From Candidatus Staskawiczbacteria bacterium RIFCSPHIGHO2_01_FULL_39_25 (GTDB lineage Bacteria; Patescibacteriota; Minisyncoccia; Minisyncoccales; Staskawiczbacteraceae): DNA of 64,000 bases. The stretch spans positions 135,227 to 199,226 of the forward strand of contig MHOO01000011.1 of the NCBI GenBank assembly GCA_001820095.1. The letters are read 5' to 3'. The notes beneath the pieces were generated by a model, which made no database searches, was not told where the DNA came from, and saw only the letters and a program-made list of their open reading frames with translations. This document shows, in pieces, positions 56,115-64,000 of this stretch; the stretch's first letter is position 1; every line of letters starts with the position of its first letter. A program made the position numbers and the translations under genes.

Positions 56115-56256
56115 ATCATTCACAACTCAATCCTCCAACCCAACCCAAAAAATAACAAAATCCAACCCTTACCTTAAACCCACCCACCTATCCAACTCCT
56201 CCCCCTCCCTCCCAAAAACCCCAACTAACCACTCCACATCCCAAAACCAAAACCAC
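56115..56256 (+). other. 142-nt tract with no guanine on the + strand (C/A-rich), including four C-runs
   Basis: Direct reading: no G between G56114 and G56257; CCCCCTCCCTCCCAAAAACCCC at 56201-56222. Confidence 0.9.
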
Positions 56257-56337
56257 GAAGGCGCCTCTCATATGATTGGTGCTTTTATTTTGGATTTTTT
56301 TGCCCTGTGGGCAGTACGGACTTTAATGCTAAAATCA

Positions 56338-56366
56338 TTGACATAAGGGATGTTAGATGTTAGGAT
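56338..56366 (+). promoter_or_regulatory. Second sigma-70-type promoter upstream of csp
   Basis: TTGACA (56338-43), 17-nt spacer, TAGGAT (56361-66). Confidence 0.45.
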
Positions 56367-56480
56367 GACTTTACTTGTATAGGAGACTGGGTCGGGTTTC
56401 AAATAGCAGGTAATAAAATCAAATTCTAGCTTATAGGTTCTAGTGTTTAGACGCTAAAAGTTCTATAGCTAAAGCAAAAA

Positions 56481-56678
56481 ATGACAGGAACTATCAAAAC
56501 TCTTACCGAGAAAAACTTTGGATTCATTGCTCGCGAAGGCGAAGCAAAGGATCTCTTTTTCCACGCTAATGATTTGAATGGAGTATCATTCAGTGAGTTA
56601 AAAGTGGGAGATGCTGTTACCTTTGATGTTGTTGAGGGCGAAAAAGGCCCAAGCGCAAAGAATGTAACCAAGGCCTAA
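56481..56678 (+). CDS. csp: Cold-shock protein (CSD)
   Basis: 65 aa; RNP1-like NFGFI and RNP2-like DLFFH motifs. Confidence 0.92.
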   Translation: MTGTIKTLTEKNFGFIAREGEAKDLFFHANDLNGVSFSELKVGDAVTFDVVEGEKGPSAKNVTKA

Positions 56679-56691
56679 TACTTAGGTAACT

Positions 56692-56721
56692 AAAAACCAC
56701 CGCCTCAAAGCGGTGGTTTTT
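56692..56721 (+). terminator. Intrinsic terminator after csp
   Basis: AAAAACCACCGC-CTCAAA-GCGGTGGTTTTT. Confidence 0.75.
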
Positions 56722-56782
56722 AGTTATACGATATCAGAGCGGGTTCATTGAATTTTAACAGGTATTATTCTATGATTATGTT

Positions 56783-56926
56783 ATGGAAAAAGATTTTGAA
56801 AAAAAACTTCAAAAAGCCAAGTTGCATGTAGATAATTTCAGGTCAAAAGTTATAAGGTTATGGGGTTTGGCCAAGAGGCTAGATCAAAGCCACAGCAAGG
56901 GTGAAAAAAGAAAGAAAAAACAGTGA
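56783..56926 (+). CDS. Possible small basic protein (47 aa), absent from the ORF track
   Basis: ATG 56783 to TGA 56924-26 (MEKDFEKKLQKAKLHVDNFRSKVIRLWGLAKRLDQSHSKGEKRKKKQ); no homology evidence. Confidence 0.25.
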   Translation: MEKDFEKKLQKAKLHVDNFRSKVIRLWGLAKRLDQSHSKGEKRKKKQ

Positions 56927-56941
56927 AGTGTTCTGTTGCCC

Positions 56942-58984
56942 ATGAACTCCTTAAAATCTATCATTGCCCATACCTTAAAACTTCTTGTTCTTACTGGCAT
57001 ATATTTTGCCGCTGGATATTTTGGGTTGAAGTTTGATCCGACGAGCGGTTTTGCCACATTAGTATGGCCTTCTACCGGCATTGCTTTTGCGGCACTATTT
57101 ATTTTTGGATTAGAACTCTGGCCAGCTATATTGGTTGGAGCTTTTCTGGTTAATCTCAATACCGGAGCTCCTATTCTGGTAGCTTTGGGCATGGGAATAG
57201 GCAATACGGCAGAAGCCCTTATAGGGGTTTACTTTTTTAAGAAAGTGAGCGTCCAGGATAAACCATTCCAAACTCTCCGGAGCGTAATTTTATTTATTAT
57301 TTTCGTTGCTTTAGGCAGTACTTTTGTGAGCGCTACGGTGGGGGTAGCCAGCCTCTGGTTTGGTAATATTGTCTCGCTTTCCTCATTTGCCGCCACATTC
57401 AGATCTTGGTGGATAGGGGACATTTTAGGGGACCTTATCGTTGGATCATTTCTTGTGGTCTGGTTTATAAAAAAGCCAAGTTTACGCATTCCTCTTGCCA
57501 GCTTCATAGAGTTGTCTGTTATGGTGCTTTTGGTCTTTTTTACGGGGATAGCTGTTTTTGGCAATATTGCAACATCCAACATTGGCAAAAATGCCCCTAT
57601 AGAATATTTCGTATTTCTTCCATTAATATGGGCTGCATTAAGATTTCAACAGCGCGGCGCTTCAATGGCTACCATCCTGCTTGCTGTTATTGCTATTTGG
57701 GGCACTACCAAGGGATTTGGACCATTTGCGCATGGAAGGTTAAGCGATAACCTTCTTTTACTACAATTATTCATGGCAGTAGTAGCGGCGACAGGAATGA
57801 TATTAGCTTCTATTGTTGAAACAAGGGAGCGCCTTACTCTGGAGCTGAAAGAAAAAATTAAAGAAATTGAAGAAGAAAAAGTAATTGATGACGCCATTTT
57901 AGTGTCCATAGGCAATGGCTTGGTGGTAGTTGATAAAAAAAGCAAGATTGTTATGGTCAACAAAGCTTTTGAAGACCTGTTGCAATGGAAAAAAGAAGAA
58001 GTGATGGGGAAAGATATTGCCGATATTATTGTTGTGGAGGATGAATCTGGCAATAAAATTTCTTTCAGTGAAAAAGTGCTGACGCGCATATTTTCAAAAG
58101 AAGAAGCTTCTATTGGATCAACGGTTAAGCTAGCATGGTATTTTTTCAGAAAAGACAAAACAAAGTTCCCCGCTTCTTTTGTGGCAACTCCTATTATGCT
58201 AAGAGGCAAGATTATTGGCGGAGTAGAGGTGTTTTATGATATTACTAAGGAAAAAGAGCTGGAAAAAGCTAAAAATGAATTTGTATTTTTAACAAGCCAT
58301 CAGCTTCGCACGCCACTTTCTTCCATTAAGTGGCACCTGGAAGTACTTTTAAAGAAAAAAACGGGAACTCTTAATAAAAAACAGCAGGAATACCTTAAGG
58401 TTGTTGACGCGCGCAATGAGCATATGATTAAGCTCGTTAATGCGTTGTTGAATGTTTCTAGAATTGACCTTGGGCAGTTGTCGGTAAATCCAGAAGTAAT
58501 TGACTTAGAGCAATTGATAATGGCAACCATAAAAGAGCAAGAATTTATTATAAAAGAAAAAAAACAGAAAGTATTATTGCGTGTTGTTAATAAAATTCCC
58601 CATATTGTTACTGATTTTAAGTTATTAAAAATTGCTCTTCAAAATATTCTTGAAAATGCCATACAATATACAAGGCCGGGGGGAGAAATTGCGTTTACGG
58701 TGACATTCACTGCGGGAAATATCCAAATAGCATTGAAAGATACGGGTATAGGTATTCCCAAGGAACAGCAGGCTAGAATTTTTCAAAAGTTTTTCAGGGC
58801 CGATAATGCAATTTTGGAACATGCCCATGGCACTGGCCTTGGATTGTATATTGTTAAGGCGGCGGTTGAGATTTTGGGAGGTACAATCAAATTCCAATCA
58901 GAATATAGCCAAGGAACGGTATTTACATTATTATTACCCGTTGAAAGCATGAGAAAAAAGGTCGGATCTGAAGTTTATTTATAG
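56942..58984 (+). CDS. Sensor histidine kinase (MASE1-PAS-HisKA-HATPase)
   Basis: Polytopic MASE1-like N-terminus, PAS region, H-box SHQLRTPL, G-boxes DTGIGI and GTGLGL. Confidence 0.88.
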   Translation: MNSLKSIIAHTLKLLVLTGIYFAAGYFGLKFDPTSGFATLVWPSTGIAFAALFIFGLELWPAILVGAFLVNLNTGAPILVALGMGIGNTAEALIGVYFFKKVSVQDKPFQTLRSVILFIIFVALGSTFVSATVGVASLWFGNIVSLSSFAATFRSWWIGDILGDLIVGSFLVVWFIKKPSLRIPLASFIELSVMVLLVFFTGIAVFGNIATSNIGKNAPIEYFVFLPLIWAALRFQQRGASMATILLAVIAIWGTTKGFGPFAHGRLSDNLLLLQLFMAVVAATGMILASIVETRERLTLELKEKIKEIEEEKVIDDAILVSIGNGLVVVDKKSKIVMVNKAFEDLLQWKKEEVMGKDIADIIVVEDESGNKISFSEKVLTRIFSKEEASIGSTVKLAWYFFRKDKTKFPASFVATPIMLRGKIIGGVEVFYDITKEKELEKAKNEFVFLTSHQLRTPLSSIKWHLEVLLKKKTGTLNKKQQEYLKVVDARNEHMIKLVNALLNVSRIDLGQLSVNPEVIDLEQLIMATIKEQEFIIKEKKQKVLLRVVNKIPHIVTDFKLLKIALQNILENAIQYTRPGGEIAFTVTFTAGNIQIALKDTGIGIPKEQQARIFQKFFRADNAILEHAHGTGLGLYIVKAAVEILGGTIKFQSEYSQGTVFTLLLPVESMRKKVGSEVYL

Positions 58985-59014
58985 TAATACAAAATATTTT
59001 TATTAGTTTTTTAT

Positions 59015-59422
59015 ATGGAAAGTGCAAATAAACCTTCTGGGCGAAAAACTGCAGAAGGCCAAAAAAAAGTTTTAATTGTAGAAGATGAAAAGTCTCTTCT
59101 TGCAGTGCTCAAAGAAGAATTTGAAAGCGAAGGTTTTCTAGTAGTTACTGCGCTAGATGGCCAAGAAGGGCTCCAAGCAGTTGATAAAGAAAACCCGGAT
59201 CTGGTACTCTTAGATATTGCTATGCCAAAGATGGATGGATTAACTATGATAGAAGCGCTTAAATCTAAAGGAAAAGACATACCTACTATCATTTTGACTA
59301 ATTTAGATGATCTCAACCATATTAGCAAGTCGGTGGCCCTTGGTCCGTTTGATTATTTAATAAAATCTGATTGGAAGCTTCAAGAGATTGTAAAAAGGGC
59401 AAAAATGAAGCTTGGCATCTGA
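59015..59422 (+). CDS. Single-domain response regulator
   Basis: VLIVEDE, LVLLDIAMPKMDG, receiver domain only. Confidence 0.88.
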   Translation: MESANKPSGRKTAEGQKKVLIVEDEKSLLAVLKEEFESEGFLVVTALDGQEGLQAVDKENPDLVLLDIAMPKMDGLTMIEALKSKGKDIPTIILTNLDDLNHISKSVALGPFDYLIKSDWKLQEIVKRAKMKLGI

Positions 59423-59545
59423 TGTTAAAATTGTAGTTGCTTTTAGTTAGTAGTATACTATAGAAAAGGTCATATATGCCTTACATTACCGATGCTTTAT
59501 GGAAAAACCATGAAAGTACGCAGTAATTTAAGGTAAAAATATTTT

Positions 59546-59746
59546 ATGGAAAACATGCAAAATGTATGCAAGTGCCCTCACCATAAAGTTGTACCAGTAT
59601 TAGTGATATTATTTGGTCTAACTTTTCTTTTGGGGGCTTGGGGCACATTTACCGCTAGCACGGTGAATACCATTTGGCCGGTATTGGTGATATTGGCGGG
59701 CGCGATGAAGTTAATAGACAGGTCTGGCATGTGCAAGTGCTGCTAA
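59546..59746 (+). CDS. Small two-TM protein with terminal Cys/His clusters
   Basis: 66 aa; CKCPHH at the N-terminus, CKCC at the C-terminus, two hydrophobic helices; followed by a terminator at 59758-59788. Confidence 0.5.
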   Translation: MENMQNVCKCPHHKVVPVLVILFGLTFLLGAWGTFTASTVNTIWPVLVILAGAMKLIDRSGMCKCC

Positions 59747-59925
59747 GAAGTCTCTTTTGAAAAAACCCATTACCATGGGTTTTTTCTTTGCATTTGATGG
59801 TGGTTCTAGTATAATGAGAGTATTAAAAATTAATTAAATAGAAAAACTATAGCCGAGGATAGCGAAGGAAGTAAATGTGCCGCAGTATATTTACTTCCGA
59901 GCGTCGCAGGCTATATGCTTTGCAT

Positions 59926-60321
59926 ATGGAGGGTTATATATCTAACATTGAAAAAGACACGGTTGAAAATAACAATTTTCGCAAAGTTATTTATACTGCT
60001 AAGTATAGCCAATTGGTGGTAATGAGCCTAAAGCCTGGAGAGGATATAGGGGAGGAAATTCACCAAGGAGACCAATTTATTAGGATTGAAAAGGGAAAAG
60101 GCCAAGCAGTGTTAGACGGCGTAATACATGATGTGCAAGATGATTTTGCGGTTATAGTGCCAGCGGGCGCCAAACATAATGTCATTAATAACATGGACGG
60201 ATATATGAAGCTTTATACTATTTATTCTCCACCAGAACATCTAAAAGATACGGTTCATGTTACCAAACAGGATGCGATGGCCGATACCAAAGACCATTTT
60301 GATGGAAAAACCAGCGAATAA
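59926..60321 (+). CDS. Cupin domain protein
   Basis: PGEDIGEEIH...VIVPAGAKHNVIN; ATG 59926 chosen because 59848-59915 is a hairpin. Confidence 0.75.
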   Translation: MEGYISNIEKDTVENNNFRKVIYTAKYSQLVVMSLKPGEDIGEEIHQGDQFIRIEKGKGQAVLDGVIHDVQDDFAVIVPAGAKHNVINNMDGYMKLYTIYSPPEHLKDTVHVTKQDAMADTKDHFDGKTSE

Positions 60322-60365
60322 GCGAATTTATTAGAAATTAGGAATTATAAATTAGAAATTAAGCC

Positions 60366-60926
60366 ATGATTTTATCTGACGTTACATTAAAAAAAATGAT
60401 TGATAGCGGGGAATTGATAGTGAAACCAATTAAAAAAGAATCAATTCAACCTGCTTCCATTGATTGCCATTTGGGCAAGCACTATCTTACCATTGAAGAC
60501 AGGAAAATGAGCGTGATTACGTTAGATTCCCCGATACAATATCGGGAAATTTCGTCTAACAGCATCACGATTCCCGCTCATTCTTTTTTGCTGGCTACTA
60601 CCGAAGAGTATATCAAGCTTCCCGCTGATGTAACGGCATTCGTTGAGGGCAGGAGTTCCATTGGCCGCATAGGCTTGTTTATCCAAAACGCGGGGTGGGT
60701 AGACCCCGGTTTTGAAGGCCGGATTACCCTAGAGCTTTATAATGCAAATTCCCTGCCAATTAAGCTGCAGTCAGGGAGAAGAATCTGCCAGCTGGTATTT
60801 TGCAAAATGGACCAATCAGCTAAAAACCCTTATGCCGGCAAATACCAAGGGCAGGTTAAATCTATTGGCAGCAGGATATACCAGGATAAAGAATTAAAAC
60901 TATTAAAGATTCATCCGGTAAAGTAA
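60366..60926 (+). CDS. dcd: dCTP deaminase
   Basis: QPASIDCHLG, GRSSIGRIGL and GWVDPGFEG motifs. Confidence 0.92.
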   Translation: MILSDVTLKKMIDSGELIVKPIKKESIQPASIDCHLGKHYLTIEDRKMSVITLDSPIQYREISSNSITIPAHSFLLATTEEYIKLPADVTAFVEGRSSIGRIGLFIQNAGWVDPGFEGRITLELYNANSLPIKLQSGRRICQLVFCKMDQSAKNPYAGKYQGQVKSIGSRIYQDKELKLLKIHPVK

Positions 60927-61696
60927 TGCAAAAAAGGAGGACAAATTTATATAAGCCGGGGTTGGAAACGCCGTTTAACGTCAGCAGGTCAAAGATCGCG
61001 CTGTTTTTAGAGTGTCCCCAGTGTTTTTACCTAGACAGAAGGTTGGGGATATCAAGGCCGGATATGCCAGGGTGGTCGTTAAACAGCGCAGTAGATTATT
61101 TATTAAAAAATGAATTTGATCTATTGCGGGAAGCGCAGCAGCCCCATAGGCTTATGCTGTTTCATAGGATAGATGCGGTTCCGTTTTCTCATCCCGATTT
61201 GCACATCTGGCGCGACGACCATAATAAAAAAATCGGGGCTTCGGTTTTGCATAAAGAAACGCAGCTAAACATCTGCGGCATCATTGATGATATTTGGCTG
61301 AATACCAAGAACCAGGAACTTCACATTGTTGACTATAAATCTACCAGCACGGACTATAAAATATCGCTGGATAGCAAGTACAAAGAGGGTTATAAACGGC
61401 AAATGGAAGTGTACCAATGGATTTTTAAAAAAATGGGGTTTAACGTTTCTAAAACAGGGTATTTTTTATTTGCCAATGCCACAAAAAACCGCTCGGGCTT
61501 CCACGGAAAACTGGAATTTGAAAATTCAATTATTCCTTATGAAGGAGATGATGCTTGGGTAGAATCTACCATTGTAAAAATCAAAAAGTGCCTTGATGCC
61601 AACGAGGTTCCCGAATCCAGCCCTGTATGCCAGTATTGCGCATACCGGAATCTTATCAATAATGAAACCTTGCGAACCCAGCTGAATTTGATTTAG
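60926..61696 (+). CDS. Cas4-like PD-(D/E)xK nuclease with Cys motifs
   Basis: FLECPQCFYL, IVDYKST, C-terminal CQYCAY; 1-nt overlap (TAATG) with dcd. Confidence 0.75.
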   Translation: MQKRRTNLYKPGLETPFNVSRSKIALFLECPQCFYLDRRLGISRPDMPGWSLNSAVDYLLKNEFDLLREAQQPHRLMLFHRIDAVPFSHPDLHIWRDDHNKKIGASVLHKETQLNICGIIDDIWLNTKNQELHIVDYKSTSTDYKISLDSKYKEGYKRQMEVYQWIFKKMGFNVSKTGYFLFANATKNRSGFHGKLEFENSIIPYEGDDAWVESTIVKIKKCLDANEVPESSPVCQYCAYRNLINNETLRTQLNLI

Positions 61697-61713
61697 AAAA
61701 TTTTAAGCTTGCT

Positions 61714-61749
61714 AAAAACCGTCCCGAGCATAGTCGAAGGACGGTTTTT
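61714..61749. terminator. Bidirectional terminator hairpin
   Basis: AAAACCGTCC ... GGACGGTTTT between convergent genes. Confidence 0.65.
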
Positions 61750-61765
61750 ATTTGCATCAGTGTTT

Positions 61766-62425
61766 CTAGGGGTTGGTAATAAAGCTTGACTGGTTGGTTA
61801 CACTTACATTACCGGGGTTATCGGCGGCCACAATCATATAGTAGTAAAGTTTATTAGGCATAAGCCCCGGGATAGTAACGCTTTGGCTGGACTGTATGTT
61901 GGTTGCCAGCGCGACAGATCCTCCCGAGATCATCGGTTCACTGAAACTGCCGGTTGCCTCTGCTAACAAGAATGGGGAAGCGCTATAAAACACTTTCCCT
62001 CTGGCAGATTCGGTGGTATTCCAGCTTATCTGGGCGCTGTTACTGGTTTTTTGGACAGATGTATTATAAATAGTAGGAGCATACACATCTATTCCATAGC
62101 CTGCTGCTATGACACTGTTTATCTTGGCCATTGTCATAGGTCCCACGCGGCCTACCGGAGGCAATCCATAATGCAGCTGGAATTGGGTCACTGCCCTTTT
62201 TGTAAGAGTGCCATAGTATCCGGAAATTATTCCTTCGGGGTAAATATTGCTGTTTGAAGCAAGAAATGTCTGCAAGCTAATTACATCATTTCCCCGTGAT
62301 CCAAATTCCAATTGGCTATTTATTTGGGCAAAGGTAGCGCCATGCGCCAACCCGGCAAATAAAGAAAACGCCAATACTATACTACTCGTTAAAGCAATTT
62401 TTTTATGTATATTTGTAGTGTTCAT
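61766..62425 (-). CDS. Secreted peptidoglycan-binding (PG_binding_1) protein with an FN3-like domain
   Basis: Signal peptide, GNDVISLQTFL...YGTLTKRAVTQFQ, C-terminal FN3-like KLYYYMIVA. Confidence 0.8.
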   Translation of the reverse strand: MNTTNIHKKIALTSSIVLAFSLFAGLAHGATFAQINSQLEFGSRGNDVISLQTFLASNSNIYPEGIISGYYGTLTKRAVTQFQLHYGLPPVGRVGPMTMAKINSVIAAGYGIDVYAPTIYNTSVQKTSNSAQISWNTTESARGKVFYSASPFLLAEATGSFSEPMISGGSVALATNIQSSQSVTIPGLMPNKLYYYMIVAADNPGNVSVTNQSSFITNP

Positions 62426-62623
62426 ATTTTTTTACCCGATCAAATAATTTTGCCTTTGGTAAAATTAGAAATCCTTTGGATTTCTATTTGATCGGGTGAA
62501 TTTTAGTTTCTTTTTTACGTTTGTCGACCCTGGATTTAATTGTCGCCTTGTAACCTATATGACGAATTAGGCTATAAATTTTTACATTTGTAAGACTTTG
62601 CTATATATTGCGTCCCATAATAT

Positions 62624-62884
62624 ATGTTCAAGTATATACATATATTATTAGCACTTCTTATTGCAGGATTCGGAGGCACTTGCGTGGCCCTAGAGCACAG
62701 TTCTTTTCAGTACCCCAAAAATTTGGCATATATGGCCTTGCCAGCATATGCTGCAGAGGGTGATATTACAGAAGCCAAAGAAATCACTGAATCTTCTGAT
62801 GAAGCTTTTGAACTTCGGAATCGTATCAATATGCTGGAGATAAAATTAAAAGGATATAGTGAAAGCGATTATTTGATAAATTAG
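62624..62884 (+). CDS. Hypothetical small secreted protein
   Basis: 86 aa with an N-terminal hydrophobic segment; no family. Confidence 0.4.
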   Translation: MFKYIHILLALLIAGFGGTCVALEHSSFQYPKNLAYMALPAYAAEGDITEAKEITESSDEAFELRNRINMLEIKLKGYSESDYLIN

Positions 62885-62891
62885 AAAATTT

Positions 62892-63160
62892 AGAGCCACG
62901 GAACACATTATAACTAGTTTTAGCGGAGCGAATTAAGCCAAGATTCAAGGCGCGAGGAAGAGATACGTACCCTCTGCGGTACGTTCTCGACGAGCAACGA
63001 AGAAGCTTGGCTTAATTCGCCCGCCCAAGGGGAAGCCAAAAAATGAATAATTTCTGCGTTATGCCTCCGAGGCGTAGCGCAAGGCTACGCCTCGTTCGGC
63101 AAGCCTTGAAATTATTTCATTTTTTGGGTTCTAAAACTAGTTATAATGTGTTCCGTGACT
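62892..63160. ncRNA. Candidate structured RNA or structured element, copy C (269 nt; homologous to 19133..19399)
   Basis: 31-bp closing helix (one mismatch), 13-bp and 19-bp internal helices; TCAAGGCGCGA 62944, GCAACG 62993, GCGCAAGGC 63076, CCTTGAA 63103. Confidence 0.5.
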
Positions 63161-63375
63161 CCAGGTTCGTAAAGAACAGTCTCACTTAATGTGGGAAGGT
63201 CGTACAAATTTCTAATTTGTATGACAGGAAAAATATAGCTCATTCAAGAGCAAAAGAGCCGCTTAAAGCGGCTCTTTTGCTCTAAACTCAATACAGAGTT
63301 TAACACCCTTTATGATAATTTGATTAAATTTTGTAAGTAATAACCAAGTCGTCCGTCATATAGTAAGAAAAATAT

Positions 63376-64000
63376 ATGACAAAACAAAAAATATCTTTAA
63401 ACCATAAAGAACGTGAGGGCCTGCGTGATTCAATGATTCATTTCATTAAAACAAACCCTCCTATAACCTTAAAGTCAACGAGGCAAAAAAGTAAATTACT
63501 TTTGAAATATGCATCAATAACATCTGTAATAGTCATGTTATTTGGATTTGCAGGCATTTCTTTTGCAGCCCAAAATTCTTTGCCTGGGGACTTTATGTAT
63601 CCTTTAAAAATCAGGCTTAATGAGAAAATTTTAGCATTCATGCCATTTTTGGATGAGCCTAAGCCTAGCTATTATCTTTACCTTGCCCACCTAAGGCTAG
63701 AGGAAGCAGAGCAGTTGGCGGTTCAAGGAAAATTAAATAAAAAATTGAGCAAGAAGATTGTTTCCCTTTTAAACGAACATATCACTGATGCTAAAAACTC
63801 TTCTAAAGCCACGGAGAATAAGAGTAAGGCAAACCTTTTAGTAGAAACCAGTTCTTCATTAGAAGCATCGTTAAGCGCCCACGGTAAAATTTTAAGCAAG
63901 TTAGCGGATAATAGGGGCAAAACTTCAGAAGGGGTAAAGAATATGGTTCGTGAGATTCAAAACAAAACCGAGGAAACAAAGCAAATGCGGCAAGATAGCG
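63376..64000 (+). CDS. DUF5667 domain protein (5' part; runs off the window)
   Basis: Open frame from ATG 63376 to the window end; TM helix followed by the PGDFMYPLK motif and a helical repeat region. Confidence 0.75.
   Translation, partial: MTKQKISLNHKEREGLRDSMIHFIKTNPPITLKSTRQKSKLLLKYASITSVIVMLFGFAGISFAAQNSLPGDFMYPLKIRLNEKILAFMPFLDEPKPSYYLYLAHLRLEEAEQLAVQGKLNKKLSKKIVSLLNEHITDAKNSSKATENKSKANLLVETSSSLEASLSAHGKILSKLADNRGKTSEGVKNMVREIQNKTEETKQMRQDS

Noticed and set aside
56074-56346. 90-aa ORF (TTG start) rich in Pro/Thr/Asn/Gln
   Set aside because: Its start codon is the TTG of a TTGACA -35 box. Its composition simply reflects the 142-nt G-free tract, so it is treated as non-coding.

Overview
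AT-rich 64-kb chromosomal segment, coded almost entirely on the + strand. Housekeeping genes present: groL, htpX, uppP, glmS, a split transketolase, dnaG-rpoD, a short pyruvate kinase, an ABC-F ATPase, a DEAD-box helicase, dcd, csp and a MASE1 histidine kinase with its response regulator. These sit among many small membrane-anchored hypotheticals, DUF5667, four-helix-bundle and GIY-YIG mini-genes. By inference from content only, this looks like a reduced-genome Patescibacteria/CPR (Parcubacteria-like) bacterium. The standard genetic code applies, since TGA is used as a stop. Main points: (1) two collinear ~268-nt elements (19.1 kb, 62.9 kb) share short motifs at matching offsets while every long stem differs in sequence but still pairs, which suggests an unclassified structured RNA family. 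(2) A tRNA-Asn(GUU) gene is split by a 200-nt group I intron. (3) Three families of ~130-150-bp quasi-palindromic elements fill whole intergenic gaps; one copy carries a four-helix-bundle (23S-IVS-protein-like) gene at its apex. (4) A surface-structure locus (25.8-46.5 kb) holds two giant fibre proteins (2203 and ~2422 aa) with tail-fibre, collagen, S74-chaperone and lectin-like modules. Next to it sits a dockerin protein plus two membrane-anchored cohesin proteins. (5) An accessory or defence island (46.7-55.2 kb) has a tightly coupled four-gene operon: SPPY methyltransferase, restriction endonuclease, OLD-type ATPase without TOPRIM, and an AbiV/HEPN protein. The island is flanked by Cas4-like nucleases and decayed gene fragments. 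(6) A 142-nt guanine-free tract lies behind a consensus promoter upstream of csp. (7) A PanA-type antitoxin is paired with a toxin ORF interrupted by an in-frame TGA. No rRNA genes, CRISPR arrays, transposases or integrases were seen.
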